IMG/VR virus record: IMGVR_UViG_3300029258_002750
Span: 211,102-275,101 of that record
Direction: 5' to 3' (one strand)
Length of the DNA stretch: 64,000 nt
The notes beneath the pieces were generated by a model, which saw only the letters and a list, made by a program, of their open reading frames with translations, made no database searches and was not told where the DNA came from. A program made the translations under genes and the position numbers. Shown here piece by piece: positions 1-9,068 of this stretch (positions are counted from its first letter, which is position 1; every line of letters begins with the position of its first letter).

Positions 1-125
1 ACCGAGATGACGGGTTCCAGCGGATCGAGGTCATCTGGGATGCCACGGACCCCGGTCCGGTGAAGCTCCGAGCGACGCAGGCTGTGACCGAGGAGCAGCT
101 CGCTTCTTTGGGAGGGGGCGACTAA
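1..125 (+). CDS. 3' end of a hypothetical protein (partial)
   Basis: Frame 3 reads ...RDDGFQRIEVIWDATDPGPVKLRATQAVTEEQLASLGGGD to TAA at 123-125. Confidence 0.55.
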   Translation, partial: RDDGFQRIEVIWDATDPGPVKLRATQAVTEEQLASLGGGD

Positions 126-158
126 GTGCTACTATGTCTGCGGAAACGCGGAGGTAGT

Positions 159-1154
159 ATGGGACGCCCGAGGACCAACGTGTCTGCGGCGAAGCGTGCC
201 GAGGTGCGCTGTCGATACAAGGCCGGAGCTACGCTGGATGAGGTCTCGGCTGCGACTGGGTTGTCCGTCTGGCTCGTCCGTCGCGAGCTGGGGCGCACGC
301 GCCGTCATCCGGCACGCAAGCGGCATCTGTTCGCGGATGATCCGAGCGCGCGGGCCGAGATTGTCAGTCGCTACGAGGCCGGGGAGTCGGTCAACTGGTT
401 GGCCGAGTGGTTCGAGTGCTCGGCGAGCCCGATCAAGCGCGTGCTGCTCGAAGAGGGTGTCGATGTTCGCGGACGAGACAGGTGTCGCGGCTTCACCTTC
501 CGCGATCGGCTGGGTCGCGTGTTCTTCTTCCGATCTTCGTGGGAGGCGAAGACCGCCGCCTGGCTCGATGCGCGCAGGTTCAACTGGGACTACGAGGTCG
601 AGCAGTTCGACGACTACCTGCCGGACTTCTGGATCTACAACAGCGGTGGCGAGATCGACTACTTGATCGAGGTCAAAGGCTGGCTCTCCCCGGAGGGTGC
701 CGAGAAGATCGAGCGCTTTCGGGAGAGGCATTCAGAGATCAGATTGAAGCTGTGGCGCAAGGCCCAGCTGAAGAGGCGCGGGATCTTGGACCTACGACCG
801 GAGACGCTAGTCGATCACAGGTTCCGCACGCGCATGAATCGGGCGGTGCGCAAGCAGATCATCAAGCTCTACGAGAGCGGCATGTCGGCGATCGAGGTTG
901 GACGCGAGGTCGGGCGTGCGAAGTCGAGTGTGCTGCGTGTGCTCCACATCGCCGGTGTGGTTCGCGGTGTGTCCGAAGCCAAGCTGCTCAACTCCAGCTT
1001 CGCACCATCGAAGAGAAACAAAGCGGAACAGCTCTACAGGAAGGGGCTGTCGCTGAACGAGGTGTCAGAGAAGATCGGTGTTCCGTTGGGCACCGTCTAC
1101 GACGAGTTACGCAAGCGAGGCGTGGTCAGGAGGAAAGCGTGCCGGGGATCGTAG
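159..1154 (+). CDS. HTH-repeat PD-(D/E)XK endonuclease (free-standing homing-endonuclease-like)
   Basis: FRSSWE...WDYE...YLPDF...LIEVKGW nuclease core flanked by about four HTH repeats; ATG159 follows GGAGGT. Confidence 0.8.
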   Translation: MGRPRTNVSAAKRAEVRCRYKAGATLDEVSAATGLSVWLVRRELGRTRRHPARKRHLFADDPSARAEIVSRYEAGESVNWLAEWFECSASPIKRVLLEEGVDVRGRDRCRGFTFRDRLGRVFFFRSSWEAKTAAWLDARRFNWDYEVEQFDDYLPDFWIYNSGGEIDYLIEVKGWLSPEGAEKIERFRERHSEIRLKLWRKAQLKRRGILDLRPETLVDHRFRTRMNRAVRKQIIKLYESGMSAIEVGREVGRAKSSVLRVLHIAGVVRGVSEAKLLNSSFAPSKRNKAEQLYRKGLSLNEVSEKIGVPLGTVYDELRKRGVVRRKACRGS

Positions 1155-2038
1155 ACGTACCGGGTGTTGAAGTATTTGGGCGTGGTAGGGGGCAGTACCA
1201 ACTCCCCTGCGGTTACGTGGACGAGCAGGGCAAGGTCCACAAGACCATCGTCCTCCGTGAGATGACCGGCACGGAGGAAGACATCATGGACGATGACGAG
1301 CTGCCTGTTCACGAGCGGACAACCATGCTCCTCTCGGCCTGCTGCGAGAAGATCGGCAACGAGACCGATCCTGAGAAGATCAAGGCGATCATCGGTGACG
1401 ACCTGAAGGCGGGTCTGCCGATCACGTCGTCGGACCGGCTGGCGATGCGGATCTTCCTCCGCCGCTGCTCCTGCGGTGACGTCTACAAGTTCGAGCGGAC
1501 GTGCCCGCGCTGCGGCCACCTGAACAAGAACAAGCAGCTCGACCTGCGGACGATCGAGATGACCGAGGTCCCCGAGGATCGGGTGTCGAAGCGCCGCGTC
1601 GAGGTCGTGCTCCGCCGGTCCGGCCGGAAGGCGATCGTGCGCGTGCTGACGGCCAGCCACGAGGAGAAGCTCACGGGCCTGAGCCTGAACCAGAAGGATC
1701 TGCGGTCCTACGCGATCCTCGCCAGGCTCGAGCAGCTCGAGGTCGAGACAGAAGTTCCTGGGGCTGACGGTCAGCCACCACAGAAGCAGAAGCAGATGAT
1801 CACGCTCGGCGATCCGAAGCGAGACCTGGATCTGGTGAAGGCGCTCCCGAAGGACGACCGGAACCATCTCCGCGAGGTCTACAACGCGATGGAGGCCGAC
1901 GTGGACACGAGCGTCCAGGTCAGCTGCCAGGGCCGCCTCTGCAACTGCGAGTTCGAGTTCCCGCTCGACCTGGGGCAGGCTTTTTTCTCGAACACGGGAG
2001 CCGAGCCTGTTACGGCCGAGGGGCTGAACTGGTTGTAG
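1139..2038 (+). CDS. Tail assembly chaperone (T4 gp26/gp51-like, with CxxC motifs)
   Basis: GTG1139 after AGGAGG; LPCGYVD..LREMTGTEED, CPRC and CQGRLC; lies just upstream of the tape measure gene. Confidence 0.8.
   Translation: MPGIVDVPGVEVFGRGRGQYQLPCGYVDEQGKVHKTIVLREMTGTEEDIMDDDELPVHERTTMLLSACCEKIGNETDPEKIKAIIGDDLKAGLPITSSDRLAMRIFLRRCSCGDVYKFERTCPRCGHLNKNKQLDLRTIEMTEVPEDRVSKRRVEVVLRRSGRKAIVRVLTASHEEKLTGLSLNQKDLRSYAILARLEQLEVETEVPGADGQPPQKQKQMITLGDPKRDLDLVKALPKDDRNHLREVYNAMEADVDTSVQVSCQGRLCNCEFEFPLDLGQAFFSNTGAEPVTAEGLNWL
1981..1987 (+). other. Programmed -1 ribosomal frameshift slippery heptamer T-TTT-TTC
   Basis: In-register X XXY YYZ (GCT TTT TTC); the -1 frame stays open to TAA2322. Confidence 0.8.
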
Positions 2039-2322
2039 GACCGCGCTTCCATGCGTTCCTACCTCTTGGTTCCCGGGCGAATCTGGAGCACGACATCGTG
2101 TTCCTCATGGAAGCCTACAATCAGCCGTACGACGCCGTGATGAGTATGCCCTCGTCACGAAGGCATCGGTTGGTGAAAATACGAGAGGAGATCGTCCGAA
2201 CGCGGAAGACGGGTGGCGGCGGTGGGACTCAGCGCCAGGTGACATACTCGACTGGTCTGAGCCCTCACGCCTCTCAGCCGGTCGCAGAGAGGCCATCTGC
2301 TGGAGCTGCCTGGGGAGTCTAA
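1987..2322 (+). CDS. Frameshift extension of the tail assembly chaperone (gpT-like part of gpGT)
   Basis: -1 frame LEHGSRACY...LEHDIVFLMEAYNQPYDAVMSMPSSRRHRL; no clear RBS of its own. Confidence 0.75.
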   Translation, partial: LEHGSRACYGRGAELVVGPRFHAFLPLGSRANLEHDIVFLMEAYNQPYDAVMSMPSSRRHRLVKIREEIVRTRKTGGGGGTQRQVTYSTGLSPHASQPVAERPSAGAAWGV

Positions 2323-5300
2323 GTGGAACTCTATAACCTCGGAATCGGCCTCACAGTTGTCGATCACGCGACGAAGCCGATCAAATCGGTTGACGCGGCG
2401 CTGGTGTCGTTGGCCTCGTCGACCGAGGCGGCGACGAAGGCGGCTGGGGGACTCGACCACGCGTTAGTCGGCGGGTCCGTCGCTCCGGCGATGGACGAGG
2501 CGGCCGAGGGTGGCGAGGATCTGACCATCAAGATCACCGAGACAGGGCTGGCCTTCAACAGGTTTACCGCGTCGGCCGGTCTCCTCAGCAAGGCGCTGGG
2601 CCTGGTTGGTACCGACCTTCAGGGGTTGCCCCGGTGGATGAGCCAGGTCCGGGATGAGCAGGGCCGGTTCACCTCGGTGACGTGGGAGAACATGGACGCG
2701 CTCGAGCGCGTTGCGCTCGGGGCCGGGAAGACGGTCGGCTCATTCAGGGAGCTTCTCAGTACGGCCACGAAGGTCCATCCCGCGTTCTCCGCACTCGCCC
2801 GGGAGCTGAAGGAGAGCGGCCAGGCGATCTCTGGTTTCGTGCAGGACGTCGAGAACCTGGAATTCCTCGGCCGGGAACGGGACACGTTCCTCGAACTGGA
2901 GGACTCGTCACGGAAGATGGCGGCAGGATTCGGCGAGGGGCGCGAGGCCGCGTTCGAGCTTCGCAGCGACATGCTTCAGCTGGTCGGTACGACACAGTTC
3001 AGCATTGGCGAAGTCACCCGGATGACCCAGGGCTTGGCGGCGGCCGGTGTCTCTCTCACCGAGCTGTCCGAGGACCAGCAGCAGGCGTTCATCGCGCTCA
3101 ACGACCTATATGGTGTGTCTGGTCAGGAGATCGCGAAGGCCGATTCCGCTATGCGGACGTTCGGTGGCTCGATGGTCGGGGCGCTGGACGATGCCACCAA
3201 GTTCCAGTCGGCGTTCCGAATGCCGGGGATGATGGAGCAGCTCCCGGGCGTGATCGAGGGCGCAATGGACGCCACAGTCTCGTTCGGCAAGGCCGTGGTC
3301 GGCTCCGGCGCTGGGATCGTGAAGAGCGTCTCCCAGACGGCCGGTGTCTACGCCAAGGCGTTCGGCAAGACGATGGCCGAGGCTGTCCAGGCCGCCCAGC
3401 GCACGTTCGAGCGCTTCGCCAGGGCGTCGCAGACGCAGCGGCGCGTGTTCCTCGGTCTCAGCGACAGCTTCGACCCGCTCCAGATGGCAATGATGGAGAC
3501 CGGGATCTCGCTCGACCAGAGCGGCGCACTGATGCGTCAGGCGCAGACGGACACGCTCGGGTTCGTCACATCCCTGCGCGGTCACATCGACTCGATCCCG
3601 TCCCAGTTCCTCCGTGACAGGTTCATGGAGCAGCTCCGTGACGAGCTGCCCGCAGAACTCATGCGAGCGATCGAGCACACCGAGGACTACAACGCGATGG
3701 TGCGCGAGCAGGAGGAAGCCGAACGGCGTCGCGCGCTCGGGACTGCTGCCGGAGTCCAGTCGTTCGACGAGCTGACGTCTGGAATGCTCGACACGACGAA
3801 GGAACTACAGAAGATGTGGTTCAACGTCAAGCAGCTCGGCATCGCGTTCCTCACGCAGACCGGACTGATCGACGTGCTGAAGGACGCCTTCGGTGGGGCG
3901 AAGGACACGCTCGCCAGTCTCAGCTTGACGATCAAGGACTTCATCGAGAGCGAGCGGATGCGCGAGTGGGGTCAGGCCCTTGCGCCGATCCTGGGTACTG
4001 TCGGCAAAGGCGTCCTGCTCCTGGGGACAGCGTTCGGCACGCTGCTGGGCGTGGCTGGTGGTGCTACGGGGGCCATCGGCAAGCTGAATGCGATCGGCAA
4101 GTTGTTCGGCCGGTTCCCCAAGCTCGCCGGGGCGTTGCGAGCGATTGGCCCCAGGCTCCTCAAGATCCTGGGACCGATCGGGCTGATCGTCTCCGGGATC
4201 GACGCGGTGATGGACGGGATGGATCGCATGAGCAAGGTGCTCTCCGATCCCGAGGCGTCCGGGCTGGACATCTTCCAAGGCGCTGTGGAGACGGCCATCG
4301 TCACTCTCGGTACCTTCCTCGACAACATCCTGCTTGGCATCCCCAGCTGGCTTGCTGAGAAGTTCTTCCCGGAGCTAGGCGACATCTGGGAGCACGGCCT
4401 GAGCGACATCATTGGGGGGATCGGACTCAGCTTCAAGGTCTCGTTCTTCGAGATCAAGAGCCTCGGCATCACCGTGGGCAAGTTCCTGCTCGAGCACATG
4501 GGCGGCATGTGGGTGTCGGTCGCGCAGATCGCTCTCAGCTCGTTCGAGAAGATCTCCAACGCGATCGTGGCGATCAAAGGTGTCGGACAGTTCGTTGTCG
4601 ATGCCTTCAGTGGAAGCTGGGAGAAGGGCTGGGCGGCGATCAAGGTGGCCGGGCTCACTGCCGCGAAGGCCATCTCCGACATGCTGCTGGGAGAAAACGG
4701 CATCCTTAGCGGAGCGCTCACCGCTGTTGAGAAGCTATTGGACTACGCATACAACTACGGACCACGCGGGGCGTCGGACATGGCGCTGGAGGCGCTTACC
4801 GCTATCCGTGGCGTGCGGTCCAGTGCCGTAGGCTTCGGTAGGGACATGGCCGCGTCCCTGACGGCCGCCGCCGACGAGCAAGCCAGAATATCCGGGCTGG
4901 GCGCCGACTGGGAGACCACGCAGCAGCGAATTGCGGCCGAGCAGAAGGCCGTGACGTCGGGTGTGGCCGGTATGAAGGAGGGTCTAGACGACGCCCACCA
5001 GTCGGCGCTGAAGTTCATGGACGACCAGAAGGTCATCGCCGAAACGGAAGTGGCCAATTCGCGCGCCGAGTTGGAGCTGAACAGGCGGAAGCGCAAGGAG
5101 AACAACGAGAACTTCGGCGAGGCCGCCGAGTTCCGCCGCCGGGCGAAGAGCCACACGGAGCAGGCTCTCCGAGAGCTGGCCGAGAAGGGTACCGCTCTCA
5201 GCGCGTCCGGTATGCGCGAGGCCGAGCGCCGCCTCAGGTCGCACATGGAGAAGTCCCTGAGCGACATCGCATCGTCGGTCGCCAAGGGCGAGATCGAGCT

Positions 5301-5568
5301 GGACGAGGGGATCACGAGATTTGCCGAGGCCAAGCGCCGTGGCCTGGAAGCTGCCATGAAGGGCAAGGCCCCGGGCGAGGTCGCGGATAGCGCGGGCAAG
5401 GGCGCGGGCGCGGGCGGCATCCCAGCTGAGGCGTGGGCCGCGCTGGTTAGGAAGCTCGAGGGGCGCGGCGGCGGCGATCAGAAGGTGCGCGTCGTGTTCC
5501 GGGGCGTCGGCAACGGCATCGATGAGCACATGGCTCGGAAGGCGTCTGTTGAGGAGGCGCAGATGTAA
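2323..5568 (+). CDS. Tape measure protein
   Basis: 1081 aa, Ala/Gly-rich and helical with hydrophobic central segments; N-terminal LGIGLTVVDHATKP; follows the chaperone. Confidence 0.9.
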   Translation: MELYNLGIGLTVVDHATKPIKSVDAALVSLASSTEAATKAAGGLDHALVGGSVAPAMDEAAEGGEDLTIKITETGLAFNRFTASAGLLSKALGLVGTDLQGLPRWMSQVRDEQGRFTSVTWENMDALERVALGAGKTVGSFRELLSTATKVHPAFSALARELKESGQAISGFVQDVENLEFLGRERDTFLELEDSSRKMAAGFGEGREAAFELRSDMLQLVGTTQFSIGEVTRMTQGLAAAGVSLTELSEDQQQAFIALNDLYGVSGQEIAKADSAMRTFGGSMVGALDDATKFQSAFRMPGMMEQLPGVIEGAMDATVSFGKAVVGSGAGIVKSVSQTAGVYAKAFGKTMAEAVQAAQRTFERFARASQTQRRVFLGLSDSFDPLQMAMMETGISLDQSGALMRQAQTDTLGFVTSLRGHIDSIPSQFLRDRFMEQLRDELPAELMRAIEHTEDYNAMVREQEEAERRRALGTAAGVQSFDELTSGMLDTTKELQKMWFNVKQLGIAFLTQTGLIDVLKDAFGGAKDTLASLSLTIKDFIESERMREWGQALAPILGTVGKGVLLLGTAFGTLLGVAGGATGAIGKLNAIGKLFGRFPKLAGALRAIGPRLLKILGPIGLIVSGIDAVMDGMDRMSKVLSDPEASGLDIFQGAVETAIVTLGTFLDNILLGIPSWLAEKFFPELGDIWEHGLSDIIGGIGLSFKVSFFEIKSLGITVGKFLLEHMGGMWVSVAQIALSSFEKISNAIVAIKGVGQFVVDAFSGSWEKGWAAIKVAGLTAAKAISDMLLGENGILSGALTAVEKLLDYAYNYGPRGASDMALEALTAIRGVRSSAVGFGRDMAASLTAAADEQARISGLGADWETTQQRIAAEQKAVTSGVAGMKEGLDDAHQSALKFMDDQKVIAETEVANSRAELELNRRKRKENNENFGEAAEFRRRAKSHTEQALRELAEKGTALSASGMREAERRLRSHMEKSLSDIASSVAKGEIELDEGITRFAEAKRRGLEAAMKGKAPGEVADSAGKGAGAGGIPAEAWAALVRKLEGRGGGDQKVRVVFRGVGNGIDEHMARKASVEEAQM

Positions 5569-5876
5569 TGGCGAGTCCGATCAGACGAAACCCAAAGGGT
5601 CCGCTGCGTTTTTCGACGCTCGTCAAGTACGAGGAGGTGATCTGGTGGGACAAGACGCGCCCACCGGCCCTCAACCCTCACTCGGACGACCACGAGTACG
5701 TCGTCCACTACCTCGACCGCCCAGACAGCCTGGCTGACGAGGAGCTGGGCGACGACGCGACCGGCCACCTCATCATGCTCCGCAACGACATGCGGCTCTG
5801 GCCGAACGACTTCCTTCCCGGCCTCCGTATCCAGGTTCCGACCAGGCTCAGTCTCAGTGAGAGGGGCTTCCTCTAG
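5568..5876 (+). CDS. LysM-like baseplate/tail protein (P2 X / T4 gp53-like)
   Basis: YVVHYLDRPDSLA..LGD...N...PGLRIQVP; position after tape measure gene. Confidence 0.75.
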   Translation: MASPIRRNPKGPLRFSTLVKYEEVIWWDKTRPPALNPHSDDHEYVVHYLDRPDSLADEELGDDATGHLIMLRNDMRLWPNDFLPGLRIQVPTRLSLSERGFL

Positions 5877-7396
5877 TGGGCGACGGGCGCTACAACCCGC
5901 TTTCCGGCGCCGAAGGTACAGGTGACTTCTTCGCGCCGTTCTTCACGTTGAAGTTCCTCACCGTGGAGCAGCTCGAGGGGAACGTCAACGTCGATGGCGA
6001 GCAGGTTGGCAACAACGAGCGTCAGCCCATTGAGGAGTCCAAGGGCCAGACGAGCAGCGGTGACATCACGCTCGAGTTCGACTACAGCAGTTGGCTGCGG
6101 AGCTTTTCCCCATCGATCGAGATCAGGCTCGAGGGCGGCGGCTTCGCCGAGGCGACGGTGACGCTCGAGCCGCCGTTCGCCGACGCGGTCAAGATCGTCG
6201 ATGACCGCGCGATCCAGAGGAACGGCGTCATGGTGATCGAGTGGGGCTGGCTGCCGAGCACGCCCACCGCGAAGAAGCTCACCAGCGACAAGCACATCTT
6301 CATGATCACGAAGCCGGGTCTCGATATGTCGGGCACCGACATTCGGGTGACAATCCACGGCACGGACCTCCTCAGCGGCAGCGGAATTGCCAGGCAGGCG
6401 AAGACAAGCTACGCGAGGAACTCGGGAGCTGCTGCTAGGGCTGAGGAGAACGGGACGTTCGCTACCGATCTAGCCGTTCTCGAACACCTCGCCAGGAAGA
6501 CCAACCTGGAGCTGGATGTATCGCAGGTCGGCGCTGACTCGCCGCTCCGCCAACAGAGGCCGCTCAACAAGGAGGAGCCGGAGGTACTCGAGCAGAACTC
6601 TAGTGACTGGCTCTTCTTCAAGGAGCTGTGCGATACGAACCGCTGCTCGTTCTTCGTGCTCGGTGACAAGGTGATCGTGGGCGACATGAACACGATCAAG
6701 AAGGTGGACGCGTCCTACAACCTGCTGTTCATGCAGGCGCCCGAGAACGACCGCGACATCCCGATGGAGGCGTTCTCGACGAGGGCGCTGGAGACCTTGT
6801 TCTCGACTCCGGCCGGTCGAGGCATGACGCACTCGTACGCCGACCCGGATACGGGAGAGGTCACTACACTGGTGCTCGATCCACTAGACATGGCGGACGA
6901 GGAGCACACCGGCCAGCTGAATGCGGCCGGTGCGAGGAACGCAGATGGAACCACCTACCAGGTAGATCAGCAGGGGACAGCGGTTACCCCGAATCCGGCC
7001 ATGACGGGGAACACGGTCGGTACGCACAAATCAAACTCTAATGCTATCCCGAACCGCGATGAGCACGCCAAAAAGCCTGTCCGGGACGGGAACACCTGGA
7101 TGAACACGGAGGCAACGGCCACGGTCCTCGGTCACCCGGATCTGGTGCCGATGATGATCGTGCGCGTGCTGTGCGGTAGCGAGACGTTCAGCGGTGCCTA
7201 CCGGATCATCGAGGTGACGCACCGGATCGGGATGGACGGCTACTCCACTGATCTGAAGCTGAAACGAGAGTCCTCGAGCGGTGACAAGAACACCGGAACA
7301 GGGAAGGTTCCGATCACGGGCGGGCAGGATCCTCCCACGAGGGAGGGCGGGGGCGAGGCTGTAGACCCGGAGCCGCAGGAAAGGGTCGACAGCTGA
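5876..7396 (+). CDS. Baseplate hub protein (gpD/gp27-like)
   Basis: Q.NSSDWLFFKEL and FSGAYRIIEVTHRIGMDGYSTDLKLKR; synteny. Confidence 0.8.
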   Translation: MGDGRYNPLSGAEGTGDFFAPFFTLKFLTVEQLEGNVNVDGEQVGNNERQPIEESKGQTSSGDITLEFDYSSWLRSFSPSIEIRLEGGGFAEATVTLEPPFADAVKIVDDRAIQRNGVMVIEWGWLPSTPTAKKLTSDKHIFMITKPGLDMSGTDIRVTIHGTDLLSGSGIARQAKTSYARNSGAAARAEENGTFATDLAVLEHLARKTNLELDVSQVGADSPLRQQRPLNKEEPEVLEQNSSDWLFFKELCDTNRCSFFVLGDKVIVGDMNTIKKVDASYNLLFMQAPENDRDIPMEAFSTRALETLFSTPAGRGMTHSYADPDTGEVTTLVLDPLDMADEEHTGQLNAAGARNADGTTYQVDQQGTAVTPNPAMTGNTVGTHKSNSNAIPNRDEHAKKPVRDGNTWMNTEATATVLGHPDLVPMMIVRVLCGSETFSGAYRIIEVTHRIGMDGYSTDLKLKRESSSGDKNTGTGKVPITGGQDPPTREGGGEAVDPEPQERVDS

Positions 7397-8688
7397 TGAG
7401 TCCCTTCTTCCGATTCGTGAAGAACATCCGAGATCGCGGCCTGGAGTACGTCACAGGCAGGCACTACTCGAAGTATCAGGGGACCGTCGTCGACAACGAG
7501 GATCCGCAGGGCCAGGGCCGAGTCAGGGTCAGCTGCGAGTCGGTGACCGGCCGCAAGGGTGAGCTGAGTATCTGGGCCTACCCCAGCTCGGACTTCGCTG
7601 GGCCGGACAAGGGTATCTTCTTCCCCCCGAACAAGGACGACAAGGTCTGGGTCTGGTTCGACTACGGCGACCTCCGTGTGCCGAGGTTCTCCGGGTCCTG
7701 GTGGGGGAACAGGGACCAGGACAAGGGCGCGAACGGCGCCCAGGTGCCGAAGGAGTTCGCGACCGAGGGCGGCGAGCCCACGAAGCGCGGTATCAAGACG
7801 AAGGCGGGTCTCGGACTCCTGTTCGAGGACAAGGCTGGCGAGCAGAAGGTCCAGGTCTGGACCGGCGCCCAGGGAGAGGCGGGAACCGAGGCCGAGAAGC
7901 ACCACCAGATGACCCTCTCCGACAAGAGCGGGGAGGAGCAGATCGTTATCGCGTCGTTCGGGGGGCGTCAGTCCAGTTGGATCGACATCTCCGGCCAGGA
8001 GGCGATCGAGCACAGGTCCGCGAACGACCACTTCATCAAGATCAGCGACGCCCAGGACAACATCGTCCTCCAGCTCGCGAACGGGAACACGATCAAGATC
8101 GAGACGAACCCCAGCAAGATCACCGTGCAGACGACCGGCCAGCAGAAGGCCGAGTTCTTCGACTCGCCTGCCTCGATCAACGTGCAGGACGCGAACGGGA
8201 ACATCGTCAACATGGGTCCGACCGGCGTGAACGTCAATGCAGCCGCGCTGGTGAACGTGGTGGCCGGAACGACCGCGAACGTCACGGCTGGCGGGGCTGC
8301 GACCGTGACGGCCGCCGGTCTCCTGACGCTCGCCGGTAACGGTCTGACGATGCAGAGCACGGGGTCAGCGCCGACCCAGATCACAGGCGGCGGGGTCGCG
8401 AATGAGACGTTCGCCGGGGCCAAGACGTCGCAGGATGGGGGCTCGATCCACACGTCCACAGGCCCGTGGCGGGTGACTGGCGCAGGGGTCGAGCTGATCT
8501 CGGCCCTCGGGTCCTCGACCTGCTTCGTGGGCGCGAACGGGGTCAAGTACCGGCTCGTCGATGAGCGGTTCTTGGTCTGGGCCGAGAACCACACGCATCT
8601 GCTCGGCTTCAGCGGTGCGCCGACTGGCAAGCCGATCCAGCCGGTCATACCGAACCTCATGGCTACCGACGCGCTGAGGGGGAACTGA
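7396..8688 (+). CDS. Baseplate spike (gpV/gp5/VgrG OB-fold plus beta-helix)
   Basis: GTVVDNEDPQGQGRVRV, FFPP..D.VWV.F..GD..P; C-terminal HxH (NHTH) metal-binding tip. Confidence 0.9.
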   Translation: MSPFFRFVKNIRDRGLEYVTGRHYSKYQGTVVDNEDPQGQGRVRVSCESVTGRKGELSIWAYPSSDFAGPDKGIFFPPNKDDKVWVWFDYGDLRVPRFSGSWWGNRDQDKGANGAQVPKEFATEGGEPTKRGIKTKAGLGLLFEDKAGEQKVQVWTGAQGEAGTEAEKHHQMTLSDKSGEEQIVIASFGGRQSSWIDISGQEAIEHRSANDHFIKISDAQDNIVLQLANGNTIKIETNPSKITVQTTGQQKAEFFDSPASINVQDANGNIVNMGPTGVNVNAAALVNVVAGTTANVTAGGAATVTAAGLLTLAGNGLTMQSTGSAPTQITGGGVANETFAGAKTSQDGGSIHTSTGPWRVTGAGVELISALGSSTCFVGANGVKYRLVDERFLVWAENHTHLLGFSGAPTGKPIQPVIPNLMATDALRGN

Positions 8689-9068
8689 TGGCCACGATCA
8701 AAGGGCTCTACGGGCCAATCAGGTTCACCTCCCGAGGCTACCCGGAGGCGGCCACAGACATCGACCTCCTGGGAGTGTCGATCAACACGATCCTCAAGAC
8801 CGGGATCGGTGAGCGTGTTCGTCGGCCGTTGTTCGGCTCCGGGCTCAAGCGACTCCTGTTCTCCAACGTGTCTCGGGCCACGGCTCTCCGGGCGAAGGTC
8901 GAGGCGCGGCGGGCGATCGAGCAGTGGGAGCCCCGTGTTGTGGTGGACGAGATTCTCGTTAGGACCGAGGAGAGTAGAATCGTGCTCGAAGTCATCTGGC
9001 GCCAGCGTGGGTCGATCGGCGACGCTCGACGGACGCAGGTTCCATTTGACGCGGCGGGGGCGCGCTGA
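8688..9068 (+). CDS. GPW/gp25 family baseplate protein
   Basis: IL.T..GERV.RP.FGSGL and AIEQWEPRV. Confidence 0.92.
   Translation: MATIKGLYGPIRFTSRGYPEAATDIDLLGVSINTILKTGIGERVRRPLFGSGLKRLLFSNVSRATALRAKVEARRAIEQWEPRVVVDEILVRTEESRIVLEVIWRQRGSIGDARRTQVPFDAAGAR

Noticed and set aside
407-1138. N-terminal extension of the 543-aa ORF 407-2038
   Set aside because: Arg-rich off-frame text overlapping the endonuclease; the real start is likely GTG1139 after AGGAGG
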